Below, one piece after another: positions 22,730 through 32,849 of a stretch of 64,000 bases of DNA. Each line of letters opens with the position of its first letter. The stretch's first letter is position 1. The position numbers and the translations under genes were made by a program. The DNA lies in contig CAWBCM010000017.1 of assembly GCA_963787285.1 (NCBI GenBank), positions 1,013 through 65,012 of the forward strand, written 5' to 3'. Source of the stretch: an uncultured Acidimicrobiales bacterium (lineage in GTDB: Bacteria; Actinomycetota; Acidimicrobiia; Acidimicrobiales; JAHEJN01). The notes under the pieces are model-generated. The model saw nothing but the letters and a program-made list of their open reading frames with translations, was not told where the DNA came from and did no database searches.

Positions 22730-23465
22730 CGATCGTGGCCCCCTCACCGAGATACGCGGTGATCACCTCGGGCGAACGCATCACGTCGCCGGGGGCTCCG
22801 TCGGCCAGCACGCGACCGAAGTCGAGCACGACGATGCGCTCGGCGAGGCTCATGACGGCGTTCATCACGTGCTCTACCCAGATCACAGTGACGCCGAGCT
22901 CGTCGCGAGCGGTGCGCACGATGTCGATCGACGCGGCCAGCTCGGTGTCGTTGAGCCCGGCCATCACCTCGTCGAGCAGTACGAGTCGAGGTTGTCCCGC
23001 CAGGGCCCTGGCCAGCTCGAGGAATCGCTGCTCGTGCAGGTTGAGCGACCCGACCGCGAAGCCGGCGCGGTCGTCGAGACCGACGAATCCGAGCGCTTCG
23101 GTGGCCCGCCGGGCCGCTTCGGCCTCACCGATACGCCCGGTGGTCGTGCCGAACATCGCCCCGAGCATGGTGTTGTCGAGCACCGTCATGGAGTCGAAGA
23201 TGCGTGGGGTCTGCAGCACCATGGCGACGCCCCGTTTGCGCACCGTGTGCGCCTTGAGACCGGCCAGTTCCCTACCGTCGAAGGTGATGCGGCCCGCACT
23301 GGGCGGTTGCATGCCGCTTATGGCCTTGAGCAACGTGCTCTTGCCCGCACCGTTGGGGCCGACGAGGGCGAGAATCTCACCCTCGTCGACTCCCAGGCTG
23401 ACTCCGTCGACGGCGGGCAGACCCCCGAATCGCTTCTCGACGCGGTCGAGAACGAGAAGGCTCAC
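22722..23465 (-). CDS. ABC ATPase (LivG-like)
   Basis: FGGLPAV, GPNGAGKST, LLDEVMAGLN, VEH, AYLG. Confidence 0.92.
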   Translation of the reverse strand: MSLLVLDRVEKRFGGLPAVDGVSLGVDEGEILALVGPNGAGKSTLLKAISGMQPPSAGRITFDGRELAGLKAHTVRKRGVAMVLQTPRIFDSMTVLDNTMLGAMFGTTTGRIGEAEAARRATEALGFVGLDDRAGFAVGSLNLHEQRFLELARALAGQPRLVLLDEVMAGLNDTELAASIDIVRTARDELGVTVIWVEHVMNAVMSLAERIVVLDFGRVLADGAPGDVMRSPEVITAYLGEGATIDG

Positions 23466-23484
23466 CTGATCGACTGCGAAACCA

Positions 23485-24807
23485 TCAGGGGACGAATGGC
23501 TCGAGCGGCTCGGGTTTGAACAAGAACTCCGGGTACCAGTCGCCGGCCTCGTTGACTCCCTCGGGCGCCGGACCCGGGCCGATCTGGGTGAACAGCGGCT
23601 GTGCCGTGGCCATCTCGCCCCATTCGGTCCAGCCCATCTGGAAGGCGTAGCCCTCGAGGTCGTAGGTCTGACCGTGCAGATACTCGGCCACGGCCGTCGG
23701 ATCGTCACCGACGTTGGCGACGGCGTCGGCCACCATGGTGACGATGCCGAAGCCGGAGACGGCGTCGTCGGACATGAACTCGTTGTCGGAAATCGCCAGG
23801 TAGCGGCGAGCGAGATCCTGATAGCCCTCGCTGGTGTAGTCGGCGCAGGCGAAGTCGGCATAGCGACCGATGGCGGCGTCGCCGGCTCCGCCGACCACGA
23901 GCGCCGGCGGAGTGTAGGCACCGGTGATGGGCACCTCGAATCCGAGGTCGGCCGACTGCACGGTGATGCCACCGGATCCTGGCGGGTGGCCCGTGGCGAC
24001 GATCAGCTGGGGATTGATGCCTTCGAGGCTGCGCAGGTAGGTGGTGAAGTCCTGCTCGGGCACCGGGGCAACCTCGATCTGGAGCGTCACCCCTTCGAGG
24101 TCGGCGAACTGCTCTTCGAGGGCGGACTTGATCGACTGTCCCCAGCCGTAGTCGGCGATGATGGCGCCCACGCTGGTGAGGCCTTCGGCCTCGACGTACT
24201 GCCGGATCGGCTCGGCCACCATCGGCGCGGCGGGAATGCAGGTGCGGAAGGTGTAGCGGCTGTCCTGGGTGAGGATGGCACCCGAGCCGGCCTTCACCAG
24301 GAACAGCGGTATCCCGAGCTCCTCGGCCAACAGGCTGGTGGCGGTGCCGACGTCGCTGGAGATGGGTCCGCCGATGGCGACGACACCGTCTTCGACGAGG
24401 CGCTCGAAGCCGGCGGTGGCCTCTTCGGCGTTGGACTGGTCGTCGGCCTCGACGATCTCGATCATGCGCCCGTCGACGCCGCCCGCGGCGTTGATCTCCT
24501 CGGCGGCCAGCTTCATGCCGTCACGGGCCTGGATGCCCCACGGTGTGAACGGCCCGTTGAACGAGGTGAGCAGCCCGATCTTGATGGGCTCACCGCTGGG
24601 TTCCTCGGCGGGCTCTTCGGCGGCCGGTTCCTCGGCGGCGGGCTCTTCGGCGGCCGGTTCCTCGGCGGCGGGCTCCTCGGCGGCCGGTTCCTCGGCGGCG
24701 GGCTCCTCGGCCGGTGTGGCCGTGTCTTCACTGTCACTGCCGCACGCGGCGGCAACGAGCGCGAACAATGCGAAGAGTGCAATGAACAGCAACGAACGTT
24801 TTCTCAT
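23485..24807 (-). CDS. Liv-type ABC substrate-binding lipoprotein
   Basis: Lipobox AAAC, EEPAA linker, IKIGLL, EEINAAGGVDGR. Confidence 0.9.
   Translation of the reverse strand: MRKRSLLFIALFALFALVAAACGSDSEDTATPAEEPAAEEPAAEEPAAEEPAAEEPAAEEPAAEEPAEEPSGEPIKIGLLTSFNGPFTPWGIQARDGMKLAAEEINAAGGVDGRMIEIVEADDQSNAEEATAGFERLVEDGVVAIGGPISSDVGTATSLLAEELGIPLFLVKAGSGAILTQDSRYTFRTCIPAAPMVAEPIRQYVEAEGLTSVGAIIADYGWGQSIKSALEEQFADLEGVTLQIEVAPVPEQDFTTYLRSLEGINPQLIVATGHPPGSGGITVQSADLGFEVPITGAYTPPALVVGGAGDAAIGRYADFACADYTSEGYQDLARRYLAISDNEFMSDDAVSGFGIVTMVADAVANVGDDPTAVAEYLHGQTYDLEGYAFQMGWTEWGEMATAQPLFTQIGPGPAPEGVNEAGDWYPEFLFKPEPLEPFVP
24596..24715 (-). repeat. Coding 15-bp tandem repeat, about 7 copies of EEPAA
   Basis: Alternating GGCTCTTCGGCGGCC / GGTTCCTCGGCGGCG units directly visible. 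Confidence 0.9.
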
Positions 24808-24958
24808 GGGTCCCCCTGGAGACGAGCCGCCAGAATCCCCTCGTGGCGACGTCGAAAAGCTACCACACGACCTCACCAGGAGCCAGGAGATTCGGACAGA
24901 TGTCTGACATGTGGACATCGTTTGGACAGTGCCGATCGGATTGGGCTAGGCAACTGCG

Positions 24959-26665
24959 GTGACCGACGACCTCGCCTTCACCTCGGGTGGCGCCGTCTTC
25001 GCCCGGCTCCGACAACTCGGCGTCGACGTCGTGTTCACCAACGCCGGCACCGACTTCCCTCCCATCATCGAAGGCCTCGCCGAGGCCCATGCCCACGATG
25101 TCGATCTTCCCGTTGCGATGACCGTCGGGCACGAGCACGTGGCCATGGGCATGGCCCACGGCTACTACTTCGCCACCGGTCGATCGCAGGCGGTGATCCT
25201 CCACACCAACGTCGGCCTGGCCAACGGTTCGATCGGTGCCATCAACGCCGCCACCGATCACGTACCGGTCATCCTCATGTCGGGCCGAACACCAACGGTC
25301 GAGCGGGGGCGATTCGGTGCCCGCACCGTGCCCATCGGCTGGGGTCAGGAGATGCGCGACCAGGCCGCCCTGGTGCGAGAGGCGACCAAGTGGGACTACG
25401 AGCTGCGCTTCCCCGAGCAGGTGGGCGAGCTTCTCGACCGCGCTCACGCCATCGCCAACTCCACACCCAAGGGTCCGGTGTACCTGAGTCTGCCGCGGGA
25501 AGTGCTGTGTGAGCCGTGCCCGCCGGCGGTGCTGCAGGCCGACATCGCCATGTGGCCGGCCACCACCGTCGCCGGCGACGACGTGATCACCCGGGCGGCG
25601 GCCCTGCTCGCCGGCGCCGAGCGGCCGGTGGTCTTCGCCCAACGCGGCGCCGGTACCCAGGCCGGATTCGATGCGCTCGCCCGCCTGTGCGACACCTGGT
25701 CGATTCCCGTGTGCCAGTACTGGGCGGTGGCCAACGCCATCTCGGCCGAGCACCCCACCTACGTCGGCCACGATCCCATGCCGTGGATCGCCGAGGCCGA
25801 CGTCGTACTGGTGATCGACAGCCTTGCGCCGTGGGCGCCCGCCATTCACGAGCCCGCCGATGGCTGTCAGGTCATCCAGCTCGGGCCGAACCCGCTCTAC
25901 AGCCGCTTTCCCGTGCGCAACTTCCGCACCAGCCTCGCCGTCACCACCGAGGTGGGACCCGGACTCGAGCTGCTCGAGACCGCCCTCGGCGCGATCGGCG
26001 ATCGCCACGTCGAGGCCAGAGCAACGCGCCGGGCCGCCATCGACGACCACGTCGCCGCCCATCGCCGGCATGTGGTCGCCACCGCCGCCGAGGGAGCGGC
26101 GACACCGATGTCGAAGGACTACGTTTCGACCTGCATCGGCGAGGCCGTCCGCGGCCACCGGGTCACCGTCCTGTCGGAGCTCGGCGCGCCGATGGAGCCC
26201 CTCGGCCTCACCGAGCACGGAGCGTGGCGTCAGGAGCCCCACTCGGGTGGGTTGGGCTGGAGCTTCCCCTGCGCCATGGGCATGAAGCTCGGCGATCCCG
26301 ATCGGCTCGTCGTCGCCACGATGGGCGACGGCTCCTACATGTTCGCCAACCCGGTGGCGTGCCACCAGGTGGCCGAGGCCTACGAGATCCCGGTGCTCGT
26401 CGTTGTGCTCGACAACTCCGGCTACGGCGCGGTGAGCCAGTCGGTCCGAGGGCTCTACCCGCAGGGTTATGCGGCCAAGGGCGACGACGTGCCCCTCACG
26501 ACGTTGTCGCCCAGTCCCGACTTCGTCCTGATCGCCCAGGCCAGTCGGGCCCATGCCGAACGCGTCGAGTCGAGCGATGATCTTCCCGGCGCCCTCGAGC
26601 GGGCCATCCGTGCGGTGACCGTCGAAGGGCGCCAGGCGCTGCTCGACGTGCGCGTCGAGCGGTGA
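24959..26665 (+). CDS. Thiamine-diphosphate-dependent enzyme (acetolactate synthase/benzoylformate decarboxylase-like)
   Basis: GTDFPPIIE, HEHVAMGMAHGY, GPVYLSLPRE, GDGSYMF...NSGY. Confidence 0.9.
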   Translation: MTDDLAFTSGGAVFARLRQLGVDVVFTNAGTDFPPIIEGLAEAHAHDVDLPVAMTVGHEHVAMGMAHGYYFATGRSQAVILHTNVGLANGSIGAINAATDHVPVILMSGRTPTVERGRFGARTVPIGWGQEMRDQAALVREATKWDYELRFPEQVGELLDRAHAIANSTPKGPVYLSLPREVLCEPCPPAVLQADIAMWPATTVAGDDVITRAAALLAGAERPVVFAQRGAGTQAGFDALARLCDTWSIPVCQYWAVANAISAEHPTYVGHDPMPWIAEADVVLVIDSLAPWAPAIHEPADGCQVIQLGPNPLYSRFPVRNFRTSLAVTTEVGPGLELLETALGAIGDRHVEARATRRAAIDDHVAAHRRHVVATAAEGAATPMSKDYVSTCIGEAVRGHRVTVLSELGAPMEPLGLTEHGAWRQEPHSGGLGWSFPCAMGMKLGDPDRLVVATMGDGSYMFANPVACHQVAEAYEIPVLVVVLDNSGYGAVSQSVRGLYPQGYAAKGDDVPLTTLSPSPDFVLIAQASRAHAERVESSDDLPGALERAIRAVTVEGRQALLDVRVER

Positions 26666-26674
26666 ACGACGCGG

Positions 26675-27574
26675 TCAGGCCGGCTCGATGCGGTCGGCAC
26701 CGAGCACCCGGACCGGCTCGGCGACATGGAGGGTGAGCTGATCGAACGGAATGCCGATGTCGGCGTCGTCGAGGGCCGTCTTGACCCGTTCGATTACATC
26801 GTCGATCACCTTCCACTCCTCGGCGCGCTCGGGCTTGTGCCAGATGTGGAGGGAGAACACGATCGCACTCGCTCCCAGCTCGGTCACGTAGGCGGCCGGC
26901 TCGGGTTGGGGGAGTACCAGACTCGATGTTCGAGCGGCCTCGAGGATGATCTGCCGGGCTCGAGCGACCGGCGAGTCGTAGGCCACACCCACAGGGATCT
27001 CGGAGCGTCGGTGGTCGAAGGCGGTGTCGTTGTCGATCACGTTCTTCAGGACCGCCGAGCTCGGCACGACGACGCGGCGCCCGTCGAAGGTACGGATGGT
27101 CACGTCGCGTAGGCCGATGTCCTCGACCGTGCCCTCGACGTCGTTCGTGCGGATCTGATCACCGATCCAGAACGGGGTTCGCAGCTGGAGGAGGATTCCG
27201 GCGATGAAGTTCCCGAGGATCTCCTGGAGGGCGAAGGCGAGGGCGATACCGCCGACTCCGATGAAGCCCAGCAGTGGACCGATCTGTACGTCGATGCTGT
27301 TCAGCGAATAGACGAAGGCGATCACCATGATCACGAAACTCACGAAACGGCCGACCAGGCGGGCCACTGCGGAGCGGTTGGTCCCCCGCAGCGCGTGTCG
27401 CACGATGCGCGAGGCGATGTTGGCGATGATCACGCCGCTGACGAAGATGATCGCTGCGCCGAGCCAATCCCACAGGCCGAGCTCGTCGGAGATGATCGTC
27501 GTGGAGGACTGACCCTCGAACTGGGCGACGGTGAGGGTGAGGGCGTGCGGCAATGCCAGCCACGTCGTGATCAT
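26675..27574 (-). CDS. Small-conductance mechanosensitive channel family protein
   Basis: GIALAFALQEILGNFIAG, PFWIGDQI, GTVEDIG, VGVAYD, IPF. Confidence 0.9.
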   Translation of the reverse strand: MITTWLALPHALTLTVAQFEGQSSTTIISDELGLWDWLGAAIIFVSGVIIANIASRIVRHALRGTNRSAVARLVGRFVSFVIMVIAFVYSLNSIDVQIGPLLGFIGVGGIALAFALQEILGNFIAGILLQLRTPFWIGDQIRTNDVEGTVEDIGLRDVTIRTFDGRRVVVPSSAVLKNVIDNDTAFDHRRSEIPVGVAYDSPVARARQIILEAARTSSLVLPQPEPAAYVTELGASAIVFSLHIWHKPERAEEWKVIDDVIERVKTALDDADIGIPFDQLTLHVAEPVRVLGADRIEPA

Positions 27575-27717
27575 GGATGCTCCTGTTCGGGATCGGTCGC
27601 CGATTCGATACCTCGGCGCGGCCCAATCCTCCCATGTGCGAACACCGTGAAGTTTCGAACCGACGACAAGATTTGCGACCCGGTCTGAACAGTGGTGCCA
27701 CTGACTAACGTCAGGGC

Positions 27718-28668
27718 ATGCAAAAACTTCTCGGTCGCGCTGCCGACGCCGTGCTGGAGGGCACCGTCGTCGGCAGCTTCTCCAAGATCGGCGCGGTCGT
27801 GCGCCCTCGGGTGCTCGATTGGACGGCCGAGCTACCCGACCTCAGCGGTCAGCGAGCGGTCATCACCGGTGCGACGAGCGGTATCGGTCGCGCCGTGGCC
27901 GACGGGGTGGTCGCGCTCGGTGCCGACGTGATCGTCACTTCCCGGGCGCTCGACCGGGCCCAGTCGGTGGCCGACGACATCAGCGCCGACTCGGGACGCG
28001 ACGCCGCGACGGGGATGGCGCTCGACACGGGCGACTTCGATCAGATTCGCGACTTCGCCACCGAAGTTGCCGCCGGCGGCGCTATCGACATGCTCCTGCA
28101 CAATGCAGGTGCCCTGACCGCCGAGCGTCGTATCAACCCATCGGGCATGGAGCTCACGCTCGCGTCCCACCTGGTCGGTCCGTACCTGCTCACCAAGCTC
28201 CTTCGACCCTCGCTCGCCCTCGGTGCCCGCGTCATCTGGATGTCGTCGGGCGGCATGTACACCGAGCCACTGGTGGTGAAGCGCCTCGAGATGAGTGAGG
28301 ATCGCTACCGCGGTTCGGTTGCCTACGCCCGCGCCAAACGAGCGCAGGTCGAGCTGGTTGCCGAGCTCGGGCCGTCGTGGGCGCCGCAGATCGTGATGCA
28401 CGCCATGCACCCCGGCTGGGTCGACACTCCTGGCGTCGAGACTTCACTGCCGCGGTTCGGCAAGATCATGGGGCCCATCCTCCGCGACGCCGAGCAGGGC
28501 GCCGACACGATGGTCTACCTGGCCGCCACCGGTGGCGGCGACGAAGATCCGGGCCAGTTCTGGCACGACCGCCGTCCCCGCCGCAGCTGGTACCTGCCCA
28601 AGACCAAGCCCGATCCGGCCGAGCGGGTCCGCCTCGTCGAGTGGCTCGACGAGGTGACGGCGTCATGA
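27718..28668 (+). CDS. Short-chain dehydrogenase/reductase (DHRS12-like)
   Basis: TGATSGIG, HNAG, SSGGMY, YARAK, HPGWVDTPG. Confidence 0.9.
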   Translation: MQKLLGRAADAVLEGTVVGSFSKIGAVVRPRVLDWTAELPDLSGQRAVITGATSGIGRAVADGVVALGADVIVTSRALDRAQSVADDISADSGRDAATGMALDTGDFDQIRDFATEVAAGGAIDMLLHNAGALTAERRINPSGMELTLASHLVGPYLLTKLLRPSLALGARVIWMSSGGMYTEPLVVKRLEMSEDRYRGSVAYARAKRAQVELVAELGPSWAPQIVMHAMHPGWVDTPGVETSLPRFGKIMGPILRDAEQGADTMVYLAATGGGDEDPGQFWHDRRPRRSWYLPKTKPDPAERVRLVEWLDEVTAS

Positions 28669-29069
28669 CCCGCTTCGTCCCTGCCTCCGATCTCGGCGGA
28701 TCGTTCTTTCCGTACCGGTTCGACAACCGCTGGAAACCCATGTTCGTGGCGCTTCGTGTCGGCGAGAGCGACGGGGTAGCGGTGCTCGACGACAGCCTGG
28801 TGGCGACGTTTGGACGGTGGCGGGTCGAGACGCCCCTCGCCAACATCGACCACACCGAGATCACCGGGCCCCATCGGTGGTACACCGCCGTGGGGTTGCG
28901 CCTCAGCTTCACCGACGACGGCATCACCTTCGGCACCAACAGCCGGGCCGGCCTCTGCATCGCGTTCATCGAGAAGATCCCACGGATCATCGGTCCGCGT
29001 GCGCACTCCGCGCTGTGGGTGAGCGTGGCCGATCCGGCGGGGCTTGCGTCAGCGCTTCTCCAGGAGTGA
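28665..29069 (+). CDS. Conserved actinobacterial hypothetical protein
   Basis: ATGA overlap with the SDR; GC3-biased codon usage. Confidence 0.7.
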   Translation: MTRFVPASDLGGSFFPYRFDNRWKPMFVALRVGESDGVAVLDDSLVATFGRWRVETPLANIDHTEITGPHRWYTAVGLRLSFTDDGITFGTNSRAGLCIAFIEKIPRIIGPRAHSALWVSVADPAGLASALLQE

Positions 29070-29897
29070 TCGCGGCCAGCAACCTCGATTCCGGACCACG
29101 TTGATCTCGGCCCCGTAGAGGTTCACCCGGGCCAGGAGATGAAACCATGTGAGCAGACCGATCACCACGGCGAAGGTGCCGTAGGTGTCGCTGGCATTCT
29201 CGACGTAGCGCGCCACCAGCACCGATCCGAGATTCTGGAGCAGAAACGTGCCGACTCCGGCGAACAGCGCACCGGGCCAGTGATCCCGCCAGGTCAGCGA
29301 TCGGGCGGTGAGGATCTGGAACGCCAGCCACGCCACGCCGACGTTCACCGCGATGTTGCCCACGGTGATGGCGACGCGTGCCACATTCGGGAGGCCGAGG
29401 CGGGCGACGACGTTGGTGAGCACCGTGGCGCCCACCAGGCCGGCCCCGAACACCACGAGCATGAGCAGACCACGCAGCCGGGCTTTCGCAGCGTTTGGTC
29501 GATCTTCGACGGGAATGTCCCAGACCTCGTTGAGCGCGTACTGGGCGGCGGTCATCGCACCGATGCCCGCCCACAGGGCGGTGCCGAGGCCGATGACGAG
29601 TGCGAAGCCCGACCCCCCGAGTGACTCCCCCGAGATGGTGGGTCCGACCACCGGGAATCCGCTCAACGTCGAGTCGACGATGTCGGCGCGCCACTCGGGC
29701 TTGCTGTCGAGGGCGAACCCGGTGAGCGACACCATGGCGAGCAGCGCAGGGAAGACGCTGAAGAAGCCGTAGTAGGCCACAACCGCAGCCAGTCGACTGC
29801 CCCGGTCGTCGCCGAACTTCTTGATGACGCCGTAGGTGAATGCGGTCGGACGGAAACCCTGCTGGAATCGATCGATTCGCGCGAGAAGAGCCTTCAC
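29049..29897 (-). CDS. YihY/BrkB family membrane protein
   Basis: KKFGDDRG, AYYGFFSVFP, YGTFAVVIGLLTW, GAEIN. Confidence 0.88.
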   Translation of the reverse strand: MKALLARIDRFQQGFRPTAFTYGVIKKFGDDRGSRLAAVVAYYGFFSVFPALLAMVSLTGFALDSKPEWRADIVDSTLSGFPVVGPTISGESLGGSGFALVIGLGTALWAGIGAMTAAQYALNEVWDIPVEDRPNAAKARLRGLLMLVVFGAGLVGATVLTNVVARLGLPNVARVAITVGNIAVNVGVAWLAFQILTARSLTWRDHWPGALFAGVGTFLLQNLGSVLVARYVENASDTYGTFAVVIGLLTWFHLLARVNLYGAEINVVRNRGCWPRSLLEKR

Positions 29898-29905
29898 CGT
29901 CGGGA

Positions 29906-30619
29906 TCAGCCCACCGGCGCGATCGATTGGTCGGCTGCGTTGGAAACCTCGCGCCAGTGGGCTCGGGTGTTGCCCACCGCGGGTATGCCGCCCGAATCCT
30001 TGAGCATGCGGGCGGTGTGGATGAGGTTCCACACCATGAAGGTGGTGTTCTTGTTCGTGAACTCGCTCTCGTAGCCGGTGGGCGGGTCGCCCTTCTCTCC
30101 CGGGTCGCCGTAGCTGGCCCCCGGGCCGATCTCACCGATCCAGCCGCAGTCGGCCTGGGGCGGGATGGTGTAGCCGATGTGCTGCATGGCATAGAGCACG
30201 TCACGTGACACCGCCTTCACGCCGTCCTCGTTGCCCGTGACGATGCAGCCGGCCGTCTTGCCGTAGTAGAGGTATTGGCCCTTCTCGTTCGTGTTGCCGC
30301 TGTACGCGTACATGCGCTCGATCACCAGGGCGGCCACGCTCGACATGACACCGAGCCAGATGGGCGACCCGAGAACCAGGATGTCGGCCGCCATGATCTT
30401 CTCCTGGATCGACGGCCACTCGTCGGTGAAGCCGAAGGTGTCGCCGAGATCCTCCTCCATGCCGAAGGCGATTCGGTGATCGAGGGCGTACAGGGTCTCG
30501 ACGGTCACCCCTTCGTCGCGCATGACGCCTGCGGCGCGGTCGATGAGGCGCTGCGTGTGGGAGCCGGTGGCGTCGGCCTTGATGGAGCAGTTGATGAAGA
30601 GCGCGGAGAGTTCGGTCAT
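29906..30619 (-). CDS. Flavodoxin-like / NADPH-dependent FMN reductase family protein
   Basis: INCS, ADILVLGSPIWLG, GNEDG, GYTIPPQAD. Confidence 0.88.
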   Translation of the reverse strand: MTELSALFINCSIKADATGSHTQRLIDRAAGVMRDEGVTVETLYALDHRIAFGMEEDLGDTFGFTDEWPSIQEKIMAADILVLGSPIWLGVMSSVAALVIERMYAYSGNTNEKGQYLYYGKTAGCIVTGNEDGVKAVSRDVLYAMQHIGYTIPPQADCGWIGEIGPGASYGDPGEKGDPPTGYESEFTNKNTTFMVWNLIHTARMLKDSGGIPAVGNTRAHWREVSNAADQSIAPVG

Positions 30620-30641
30620 GGCCTCAGCTTTCCACAATGGG

Positions 30642-31847
30642 TCACGCCAGTGGGGTGCCGTCGGGGCGCAGGACGGTGTAGCCGCCGGTCGGTTCGCGTT
30701 GGATCTGGAAGCGGTGGTTGTGCTTGTGTCGGTTGTGACGTCCGCAGAGTGGTGCCCCGTTGCCGGCGTGGGTTCTTCCGCCGTGTTGATGTTCGTGCAA
30801 GTGGTCGACTTCACAGGAATCGGCGGGTGTGTCACAGCCCGGCCAGATGCATCGGGGATTCGTGACCAGCACGGCGTGACGGGCCGAGCCCGTGAAGTAT
30901 CGAGCAGTGCCGAGGTCGATGGTGACGCCTCGTGCATCGACCACCACCCGTCGGACCCTGGCCCACAGCCCGACCACCATCGCCTCGGTGGGATCGACCG
31001 GAACGCCGTTGAATGTGGAGCAGCGATGGGTGGCCGCCTCCAGCCGGGGCGCGGCGTCGAATTCGAGCGCGGTGGCCACTGCTTCGAAGTTCCTCGGCCG
31101 ACCAGACGATGTTGTGGGTGGGCACCGACACCGACCCGACGGTGGAGTTGGCGGCATCGTGGAAGATCTGCACGAGCGCGTCGTGGCGCCGCTGGGCGGT
31201 CGTGCGAGGGAGATGGCCAGCCGTGGCCTGGTCGCCGTGTTCAGCTCGGGCTTTCTCCCAGTCGGCCTCGTACTCGGCCCGGGTGTAGGAGGGTGGCGTT
31301 GCGGGCCTCGTGGTTTCGTTGGTTGCGATCGGCTGCGCCGTCCGCATCGACCAGCCGCTCCCACTCGCGCACCACCTGATCGAAGTCGCGAAACGACAGC
31401 GACGCCGCCTGATCGAGGAACCAGGACTGCGCCGGGACCATGTGATCGCGCGACTCGGGCATTGGCAAACACCTTGGCGAGCGTCGACATGTGGGCCAGG
31501 CCCAGCTGTCCCGACGAGAATGCCGCCGCGACCTCGCCGAGCTGCCCGAGCATGCGCCGATTTCGATCTCGTCGACTCGATTCGGCCGACGACAGGCCCG
31601 CGTGGTGCTCGACCATGCGCTTCGCCGAGAAGTGGCCGTCGCCGGCGTGCAGGTTGCCGGCGTCGATGGCGGCGAGGAGGTCGACCCGGAGTTGCTCGAC
31701 CCGACGGTGGATGGTCTCGATGGCGTGAATCCACGCAACCGCATCGGTCGGATCGGCCGGGGAGACCCCGACCGCCGACAACTGTTCGAGTCCGGTCGCA
31801 ACGAGCCCGAAGGCTGCTGCCGAATGGTCATCTCGGACCCGATCCAT
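30642..31847 (-). CDS. DUF222 (13E12-repeat) HNH endonuclease-domain protein; several frameshifts
   Basis: QRRHDAL in an alternate frame; C-terminal ARYFT, CIWPGC, CEVDH, GGRT, LCGRHN. Frame changes near 31445, 31290 and 31095. Confidence 0.8.
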   Translation of the reverse strand: MDRVRDDHSAAAFGLVATGLEQLSAVGVSPADPTDAVAWIHAIETIHRRVEQLRVDLLAAIDAGNLHAGDGHFSAKRMVEHHAGLSSAESSRRDRNRRMLGQLGEVAAAFSSGQLGLAHMSTLAKVFANARVARSHGPGAVLVPRSGGVAVVSRLRSGGARVGAAGRCGRRSRSQPTKPRGPQRHPPTPGPSTRPTGRKPELNTATRPRLAISLARPPSGATTRSCRSSTMPPTPPSGRCRCPPTTSSGRPRNFEAVATALEFDAAPRLEAATHRCSTFNGVPVDPTEAMVVGLWARVRRVVVDARGVTIDLGTARYFTGSARHAVLVTNPRCIWPGCDTPADSCEVDHLHEHQHGGRTHAGNGAPLCGRHNRHKHNHRFQIQREPTGGYTVLRPDGTPLA

Positions 31848-31974
31848 ACCTCCGAAACTACCCAACAGGTGTGACAGCGAACCCGCCGAAACGGCAGGTC
31901 AGCAGCAAAACGGTCAGGGAATCGTCCGACGTCTGGAACACTGCGGTCACATCCCTAACCAGGAGCGTGCACCC

Positions 31975-32748
31975 GTGACAGAGAATCGAAGTAGCGGCGT
32001 GGCGGTGGTCACCGGAGCGAGTCGGGGCATCGGGGCCGCGATCGCACACCGGCTCGCCCGTGAGGGGCTGGCGGTGGCCTGTGGTGCCACGACCGCCGCC
32101 AATGCCGAGTACGTGGCCGCGGCCATCCGAGCCGAACACGGCGTCGATGCCATCGCGCTCGCCCTGCAGGTGAGCGACGCCGAATCCGTCGAGGCGGCGA
32201 TGACCGCGATCGAGGACCGCCTCGGACCGGTGACGCTGCTGGTTGGCAATGCCGGAGTCGCCCACGTCGAGTCGTTCCTGCACATGGCCGTCGCCGACTT
32301 CGACCGGGTGCTCGACGTCAACCTTCGCGGGGTGTTCGTCTGCGGCCAGGCGGCGGCCCGTCACATGGTCGCGTCGGGAACCCGCGGTGCAATCGTCAAC
32401 ATCGGCTCGATCGCCGGTGTGAATGCCTTCCCGCAGCGGGCTGGCTACTGCGCGTCGAAGGCGGCGGTGGCCCATCTCACCAAGGTGATGGCGCTCGACC
32501 TGGCCGACCACGGTATACGGGTGAACTGCGTCGCTCCGGGCTACATCCGAACCGACATGGTGCAAGGCGTGATCGACGACGGCCGCCTCGACGAGGGCCA
32601 GCTCCGCCGCCGCATACCGATGCACGAGCTCGGCACGGTCGAAGACATTGCCGCAGCGGTGGCCTGGATGGCGTCCGACGAGGCCCGGTACGCCACGGGC
32701 GTCACCCTCGTGATCGACGGTGGCTGGGTGGCCCACGGTCACGTGTGA
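31975..32748 (+). CDS. SDR oxidoreductase (FabG-like)
   Basis: TGASRGIG, GNAG, YCASK, VNCVAPG, IDGG; AGGAG RBS. Confidence 0.92.
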   Translation: MTENRSSGVAVVTGASRGIGAAIAHRLAREGLAVACGATTAANAEYVAAAIRAEHGVDAIALALQVSDAESVEAAMTAIEDRLGPVTLLVGNAGVAHVESFLHMAVADFDRVLDVNLRGVFVCGQAAARHMVASGTRGAIVNIGSIAGVNAFPQRAGYCASKAAVAHLTKVMALDLADHGIRVNCVAPGYIRTDMVQGVIDDGRLDEGQLRRRIPMHELGTVEDIAAAVAWMASDEARYATGVTLVIDGGWVAHGHV

Positions 32749-32849
32749 GCCGCGGCGGTTTCGGGTGACTGCGCCGCCACCAGCATGCTGAGCAAAACGA
32801 CCTCCCGGACCGACGACACCAGTGGGCGGGGTGGTGCGCTGCGGTGTGG

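Noticed and set aside
24596-24715. Tandem repeat as CRISPR or contingency locus
   Set aside because: No spacers; it is an in-frame EEPAA lipoprotein linker.
30642-31847. HNH gene as a defence nuclease or insertion sequence
   Set aside because: It is a typical actinobacterial DUF222-HNH gene; I found no terminal repeats, target duplication or partner genes.
32749-32849. Intrinsic terminator between the convergent SDR and IDO genes
   Set aside because: Only imperfect GC-rich hairpins without a U-tract; not distinguishable from background.
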